Assembly (NCBI RefSeq): GCF_009914755.1
Contig: NC_060933.1
Source: the human T2T-CHM13v2.0 reference genome, Homo sapiens
Length of the DNA: 64,000 bases
Reading direction: 5' to 3' (one strand)
Below the pieces are notes generated by a model. That model did not search any database and was not told where the DNA came from. It worked only from the letters and a program-made list of their open reading frames with translations. The position numbers and the translations under genes were made by a program. Numbering within the stretch: position 1 is the first letter of the stretch; every line of letters starts with the position of its first letter. Shown here piece by piece: positions 56,101-64,000 of this stretch.

Positions 56101-59100
56101 AACGGAACGGAATGGAATGGAATGGAATGGAATGGAACGGAACCTAACGGAATAGAATGGAATGGAATGGAATGGAATGGAATCAACGCGAGTGCAGGGG
56201 AATGGAATGGAATGGAATGGAATGAAATGGAATGGAATGGAATGGAATGAAATGGAATGGAATGGAATGGAATCATCCGGAACGGAATGGAATTGAATGG
56301 AATGGAATCAACTCGATTGCAATGGAATGGAATGGAATGGAATGGAATGGAATGGAATGGAATGGAATGGAATGGAATGGAATTAACCCGAATAAAATGG
56401 AATGGAATGGAATGGAACGCAAAGGAGTGGAATGGAATGGAATCAACCCGAGTGCAGGGGAATGGAATGGAATGGAATGCAATGGAATGGAATCATCCGG
56501 AATGGAATGGAATGGAATGGAATGCAAAGCAATGGAGTCAACTCGATTGCAATGGAATGGAATGGAGTGGAAAGGAATAGAATGGAATCAACCCGAGTGT
56601 AATGGAATGGAAAGGACTGGAATGGAGTGGAATGCAATGGAATGGAATGGAATGGAATCAACTCGATTGGAATCGAATGGAATGGAATGGAATGGAATGG
56701 AATGGAATGGAATTAACCCGAATAGAATGGAATGGAATGGAATTGAACGGAACGGAATGGAATGGAATGGAATGGAATGGAATGGAATGGAATGGAATCA
56801 ACCCGACTGCAGGGGAATGGAATGGAATGGAATGGAATGGAATGGAATCATCCGGAACGGAATGGAATGGAATGGAATGGAATCAACTCGATTACAATGG
56901 AATGGAATGGAATGGAATGGAATGGAATGGAATGGAATTCACCGGAATAGAATGGAATGGAATGGAATGGAAAGGAATGGAAGGGAAGGAAATGGAATGT
57001 AATCAACTCGAGTGCAGGGGAATGGAATGGAATGGAATGGCATGGAATGGAATCATCCGGAATCGAATGGAATGGAATGGAATGGAATGGTATCAACCCG
57101 AGTGCAGGGGAATGTAATGGAACGGAATGCAATGGAATGGAATCATCCGGAATGGAATGGAATGGAATGGAATGGAATGGAATCAACCCGAGTGCAATGG
57201 AATGGAGTGGAATGGAATGGAATGCAATGGAACAACCCGAATGGAATGGAATGTAATGGAGAGTAAGGGAGTTGAATAGAATCAATCCGAATGTAATGGA
57301 ATGGAATGCAACGGAATGGAATGGAATGGAATGCAATGGAATGGAATGGAATGGAATGCAAAGGAATGGAATCAACCTGAGTGGAATGGCATGGAATGGA
57401 ATGCAATGGATTGGAATGGAATGGAATCAACTCGAGTGGAAAGGAATGGAATGGAATGGAATGGAAAGGAATGGAATGAAGTCAACTCGAGTGGAATGGA
57501 ATGGAATGGAATGGATTGGAATGGATTGCAATGGAATGAAATGGAATGGAATGGAATGGAATCAATCATTCCGAGTTGAATGGAAGGGAATGTAATGGAG
57601 TGGAAAGAAGGGAATGGAATAAACCCGAGTGGAATGCAAGGCAATGGAATGGAATGGAAAGGAATGGAATGGAATCAACTCGATGGCAATGGAATGGAAA
57701 GGAATGGAATGGAATGGAATGGAATTAATCCGAATAGAATGGAATGGAATGGAATGGAATGGAAGGGAATGGAATCAACACGAGTGCAGGGGAATGGAAT
57801 GGAATGCAATGGAATGGAATCATCCGGAATGGAATGGAATGGAATGGAATCAACTCCATTGCAATGGAATGGAATGGAATTGAATGGAATAGAATGGAAT
57901 GGAATTAACCCGAATAGAATGCAATGCAATAGAATGGAATGGAACGGAACCGAATGGAGTGGAATGGAATGGAATGGAATCATCCCGAGTACAGGGGAAT
58001 GGAATGGAATGGAATGCAATGGAATGGAGTCATCCGTAATGGAATGGAAAGGAATGGAATGGAATGGAATGGAATGGAATGGAACGGAATGGAATGGAAT
58101 GGAATGGAATCAACTCGACGGCAATCGAATGGAATGGAATGGAATTAACCCGAATAGAATGGAATGGAATGGAATGGAACGGAACGGAATGGAATGGAAT
58201 GGAATGGAACGGAACGGAACGGAATGGAATGGAATGGAATGGAATGGAATCAACGCGAGTGCAGGGGAATGGAATGGAATGGAATGTAATGGAATGGAAT
58301 CTTCCGGAATGGAATGGAATGGAATGGAATGGAATGAAAGGCAATGGATTTAACTCGATTGCAATGGAATGGAAGAGAATGGAATGGAATGGAATGGAAT
58401 GGAATGGAATGGAATGGAATGCCTTCAAACCGAAAGGAATGGAAAGGAATGGAATCAACACGAGTGGAAAGGAATGGAATGGAAAGGAATGGAATGGAAC
58501 GGAATGGTAAGGAATAGAATGGAATGGAACGAACTGGAATGGAATGGAATGGAATGGAATGGAATGGAATGGAATCGTTCCGAGTGGAATAGAAGGGAAT
58601 GTATTCGAGTGGAATGGAAAGGAATGGAATCAACCAGAGTGGAATGGAACGGAATGGAATGGAATGGAAACTAATAGAATGGAATCAACCCGAGTGTAAT
58701 GGAATGGAAAGGAGTGCAATGGAATGGAATGGAATGGAATGGAATGGAAACAACTCGATTGTAATGGAATGGAATGGAATGGAATGGAATGGAATGGAAT
58801 TGAATGGAATCAACTCGATTGTAATGGAATGGAATGGAATGGAATGGAATGGAATGGAATGGAATGGAATTAACCCGAATACAATGGAATGGAATGGAAT
58901 GGAACGGAATGGAGTGGAATGGAATGGAATCAACCCGAGTGCAGGGGAACGGAATGGAATGGAATGCAATGGAATGGAATCATCCGGAATGGAATGGAAT
59001 GGAATGGAATGTAAAGCAATGGAATCAACTCAATTGCAATGGAATGGAATGGAATGGAAAGGAATAGAATGGAATCAACCCGAGTGTAATGGAATGGAAA

Positions 59101-60119
59101 GGACTGGAATGGAGTGGAATGGAATGGAATGGAATGGAATGGAATCAACTCGATTGGAATGGAATGGAATGGAATGGAATGGAATTAACCCGAATAGAAT
59201 GGAATCGAATGGAATGGAACGGAATGGAATGGAATGGAATGGAATGGAATGGAATGGAATGGAATGGAATGGAATGGAATGGAATGGAATCAACCCGACT
59301 GCAATGGAATGGAATGGAATGGAATGGAATCGAATGGAATGGAATGGAAGTAACCGGAATGGAATGGAATGGAATGGAATGGAACGGAATGGAACGGAAT
59401 GGAACGGAATGGAATGGAATGCAATCAACCTGATGCAATGGAATGGAGTGGACTGGAATGGAATGGAATGGAAACATCCGAATGGAATGGAATGTAATGG
59501 AGTGTAAGGGAATTCAATAGAAACAATCCGAATGTAACGGAATGGAATGCAATGAAATGGAATGGAATGGAATGGAATGGAATCAACCCAAATGCAATGG
59601 AATGGATTCGATTGGAATGGAATGGAATGCAATGGATTCAACAAGAATGGAATGGAAAGGAATGGAATCAACCCGAGTGGAATGGCATGGAATGGAACGG
59701 AATGGAATGGGATGGAATGGAATGGTACGGAATAGAATGGAATGGAATGGAATGGAATGGAATGGAATGGAATGGAATGGAATGGAATGAACCCGTGTGC
59801 AATGGAATGGAATGGAATGGAATGGAATGGATTCAACTCGAATGGAATCCACTCGATTGCAATGGAATGGAATGGAATGGAATTGAAAGGAATAGAATGG
59901 AATCAACCCGAGTGGAATGGAATGGAAAGGACTGGAATGGAGTGGAATGGAATGGAATGGAATTAACCCGAATAGAATGAAATGGAACGGAATGGAATGG
60001 AATGTAATGGAATGGAATGGAATAGAATCAACCCTAGTGCAGGGGAATGTAATGGAACGGAATGCAATGGAATGGAATCATCCGGAATGGAATGGAATGG
60101 AATGGAATGGAATGGAATG

Positions 60120-62770
60120 GAATCAACCCGAGTGCAATGGAATGGAGAGGAATGGAATGGAATGGAATGGAAACTACACGAATCGAATGGATTGTAATGG
60201 AGTGTAAGGGAATTGAATAGAATGAATCCGAATGGAATGGAATTGAAAGGAATGGAATGGAATGGAATGGAATGCAATGCCATGGAATCAACCCGAGTTT
60301 AATCGAATGGATTCGAATGGAATGGAATGCAATGGAATGGATTCAACTTGAATGGAATGGAAAGAATGGAATCAACACGAGTGGAATGACTTGGATTGGA
60401 ATGGAATGGAATGGAATCAACCCGAGTACAGGGGAATGGAATGGAATGGAATGAAATGGAATGGAATTAACCCGAATACAATGGAAGGGAATGGAATGTA
60501 ATGGAAACTAATTGAATGGAATCAACCCGAGTGGAATGGAATGGAAAGGACTGGAATGGAATGGAATGGAATGGAATCAACTCGATTGTAAAGGAATGGA
60601 ATGGAATGGAATGGAATGGAATGGAATGGAATGGAATTAACCCGAACACAATGGAATGGAATGGAATGGAATGGAATGGAGTGGAATGGAATGGAATCAA
60701 CCCGAGTGCAGGGGAATGGAATGGAATGGAATGCAATGGAATGGAATCATCCGGAATGGAATGGAATGGAATGGAATGCAAAACAATGGAATCATCTCGA
60801 TTGCAATGGAATAGAATGGAATGGAATTAACACGAATAGAATGGAATGGAATGGAATTGAATGGAACAGAAAGGAATGGAATGGAATGGAATGGAATCAA
60901 CCCAAGTGCAGGGGAATAGAATGGAATGGAATTCAATGGAATGGAATCATCCGGAATGGAATGGAATGGAATGGAATGGAATGGAATGGAATGGAATGGA
61001 ATTAACCCGAATACAATGGAAGGGAATGGAATGTAATGGAAACTAATTGAATGGAATCAACCCGAGTGTAATGGAATGGAAAGGACTGGAATGGAATGGA
61101 ATGGAATGGAATCAACTCGATTGTAATGGAATGGAATGGAATGGAATGGAATGGAATGGAATGGAATTAACCCGAATACAATGGAATGGAATGGAATGGA
61201 ATGGAATGGAGTGGAATTGAATGGAATCAACCCGAGTGCAGGGGAATGGAATGGAATGGAATGCAATGGAATGGAATCATCCGGAATGGAATGGAATGGA
61301 AGGGAATGCAAAACAATGGAATCATCTCGATTGCAATGGAATAGAATGGAATGGAATTAACACGAATAGAATGGAATGGAATGGAATTGAATGGAACAGA
61401 AAGGAATGGAATGGAATGGAATGGAATCAACCCAAGTGCAGGGGAATAGAATGGAATGGAATTCAATGGAATGCAATCATCTGGAATGGAATGGAATGGA
61501 ATGGAATGGAATGGAATAGAATGGAATCAACCCGAGTGCAATGGAATGGAGAGGAATGGAATGGAATGGAATGGAAACTACACGAATCGAATGGATTGTA
61601 ATGGAGTGTAAGGGAATTGAATAGAATGAATCCGAATGGAATGGAATTGAAAGGAATGGAATGGAATGGAATGGAATGGAATGGAATGCAATGCCATGGA
61701 ATCAACCCGAGTTTAATCGAATGGATTCGAATGGAATGGAATGCAATGGAATGGATTCAACTTGAATGGAATGGAAAGAATGGAATCAACACGAGTGGAA
61801 TGACTTGGATTGGAATGGAATGGAATGGAATCAACCCGAGTACAGGGGAATGGAATGGAATGGAATGAAATGGAATGGAATTAACCCGAATACAATGGAA
61901 GGGAATGGAATGTAATGGAAACTAATTGAGTGGAATCAACCCGACTGGAATGGAATGGAAAGGACTGGAATGGAATGGAATGGAATGGAATCAACTCGAT
62001 TGTAATGGAATGGAATGGAATGGAATGGAATGGAATGGAATGGAATGGAATTAACCCGAACACAATGGAATGGAATGGAATGGAATGGAATGGAGTGGAA
62101 TGGAATGGAATCAACCCGAGTGCAGGGGAATGGAATGGAATGGAATGCAATGGAATGGAATCATCCGGAATGGAATGGAATGGAATGGAATGCAAAACAA
62201 TGGAATCATCTCGATTGCAATGGAATAGAATGCAATGGAATTAACACGAATAGAATGGAATGGAATGGAATTGAATGGAACAGAAAGGAATGGAATGGAA
62301 TGGAATGGAATCAACCCAAGTGCAGGGGAATAGAATGGAATGGAATTCAATGGAATGGAATCATCCGGAATGGAATGGAATGGAATGGAATGGAATGGAA
62401 TGGAATGGAATGGAATCAACCCGAGTGCAATGGAATGGAGAGGAATGGAATGGAATGGAATGGAAACTACACGAATCGAATGGATTGTAATGGAGTGTAA
62501 GGGAATTGAATAGAATGAATCCGAATGGAATGGAATTGAAAGGAATGGAATGGAATGGAATGGAATGGAATGGAATGGAATGCAATGCCATGGAATCAAC
62601 CCGAGTGTAATCGAATGGATTCGAATGGAATGGAATGCAATGGAATGGATTCAACTTGAATGGAATGGAAAGAATGGAATCAACACGAGTGGAATCGCTT
62701 GGATTGGAATGGAATGGAATGGAATCAACCCAAGTACAGGGGAATGGAATGGAATGGAATGAAATGGAAT
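60120..62770 (+). repeat. Nested local higher-order repeat A-B-B-A-B-A (A ~355 bp, B ~530 bp)
   Basis: B marker AAACAATGGAATCATCTCGA at 60781/61311/62195. A marker AAACTACACGAATCGAATGGATTG at 60171/61575/62464. Confidence 0.88.
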
Positions 62771-64000
62771 GGAATCATCCGTAATGTAATGGAAAGGAAT
62801 GGAATGGAATGGAATGGAATGGAATCAACTCTATTGCAATCGAATGGAATGGAATGGAATTAACCCGAATAGAATGGAATGGAATGGAATGGAAAGGAAC
62901 GGAGCGGAACGGAATGGAATGGAATGGAATGGAATGGATTGGAATGGAATGGTATGGAATGGAATGGAATGGTACGGAATAGAATGGAATGGAACGAATT
63001 GTAATGGAATGGAATTGAATGGAATGGAATGGAATGGAATGGAATGGAATGGAATCAACGTGAGTGCAGGGGAATGTAATGGAACGGAAAGCAATGGAAT
63101 GCAATCATCCGGAATGGAATGGAATGGAATGGAATGGAATGGAATGGAATGGAATGGAATCAACCCGAGTGCAATGGAATGGAGTGGAATGGAATGGAAT
63201 GGAATGGAACAACCCGAATGGAATGGAATGTAATGGAGAGTAAGGGAGTTGAATAGAATCAATTCGAAAGTAATGGAATGGAATGCAACGGAATGGAATG
63301 GAATGGAATGCAATGGAATGCAATGGAATGGAATCAACCCGAGTATAATGGAATGGAATGGAATGGAATGGAATGGAACGGAATGGAATGGAATGGAATG
63401 GAATGGAATGATACGGAATAGAATGGAATGGAACGAAATGGAATGGAATGGAATGGAATGGAATGGAATGGAATGGAATAGAATCGTTCCGAGTGGAATA
63501 GGAGGGAATGTATTCGAGTGGAATGGAAAGGAATGGAATCAACAAGAGTGGAATGGAAGGGAATAGAATGGAATGGAAACTAATAGAATGGAATCAACCC
63601 GAGTGGAATGGAATGGAAAGGACTGGAATGGAATGGAATGGAATGGAATCAACTCGATTGGAATGGAATGGAATGGAATGGAATGGAATGGAATGGAATG
63701 GAATGGAATGGAATTAACCCGAATACAATGGAAGGGAATGGAATGGAATGGAAACTAATAGAATGGAATCAACCCGAGTGGAATGGAATGGAAAGGACTG
63801 GAATGGAATGGAATGGAATGGAATCAACTCGATTGTAATGGAATGGAATGGAATAGAATGGAATGGAATGGAATGGAATGGAATTAACCCGAATACAATG
63901 GAATGGAATGGAATGGAATGGAATGGAGGGGAATGGAATGGAATCAACCCGAGTGCAGGGTAATGGAATGGAATGGAAATCAATGGAATGGAATCATCCG

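Larger units (their letters stand above)
1..64000. repeat. Satellite III (HSat3) pericentromeric tandem array, (GGAAT)n with CAACCCGAGT/CAACTCGATT-type interruptions
   Basis: The GGAAT/ATTCC pentamer runs end to end. The interspersed decamer CAACCCGAGT is the classical Satellite III marker. No unique or non-satellite sequence was seen. Confidence 0.97.
28566..64000 (+). repeat. HSat3 block 3, G-rich strand on +
   Basis: Continuous GGAAT orientation from ...ATTACGGAATGG to the window end. Confidence 0.97.

Noticed and set aside
10-63983. Hundreds of ORFs encoding MEWNG/IPFHS repeats (up to 404 aa)
   Set aside because: (GGAAT)n contains ATG and has no stop codon in any frame on either strand, so long overlapping ORFs are expected. 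There is no domain content or gene structure.
1-64000. CRISPR-like repeat/spacer reading of GGAAT runs and variant words
   Set aside because: The 'spacers' are recurrent degenerate pentamers, lengths are irregular, and there are no cas genes or leader.
1-64000. Satellite II, telomeric or alpha-satellite identity
   Set aside because: Long pure GGAAT runs with CAACCCGAGT indicate HSat3. HSat2-type CATTCGATGATG periodicity, TTAGGG tracts and 171-bp alphoid monomers were not seen.

Overview
The whole window is classical human-type Satellite III (HSat3): (GGAAT)n/(CATTC)n pentamers interrupted by a small vocabulary of fixed variant words (CAACCCGAGT, CAACTCGATT, TTAACCCGAATAG, GTAAGGGA(G/A)TTGAATAG and others). 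I see no protein-coding gene, RNA gene, transposon or CRISPR array, and the ORF track is an artefact of the pentamer. The main structural event is a ~10.4 kb strand-inverted block (about 18,181-28,565). Both junctions sit on CpG-centred quasi-palindromes with 5-bp microhomology, and they are not reciprocal. About 28 perfect three-unit heat-shock elements (nGAAnnTTCnnGAAn) are embedded in one module type. There are nested local duplications (0.2, 1.25, 1.35, 3.3 kb and an A-B-B-A-B-A block), and a ~175-bp spacing recurs. Motif content and the inversion suggest the chr9q12 HSat3 array, but that is an inference needing alignment. All coordinates and counts were made by eye.
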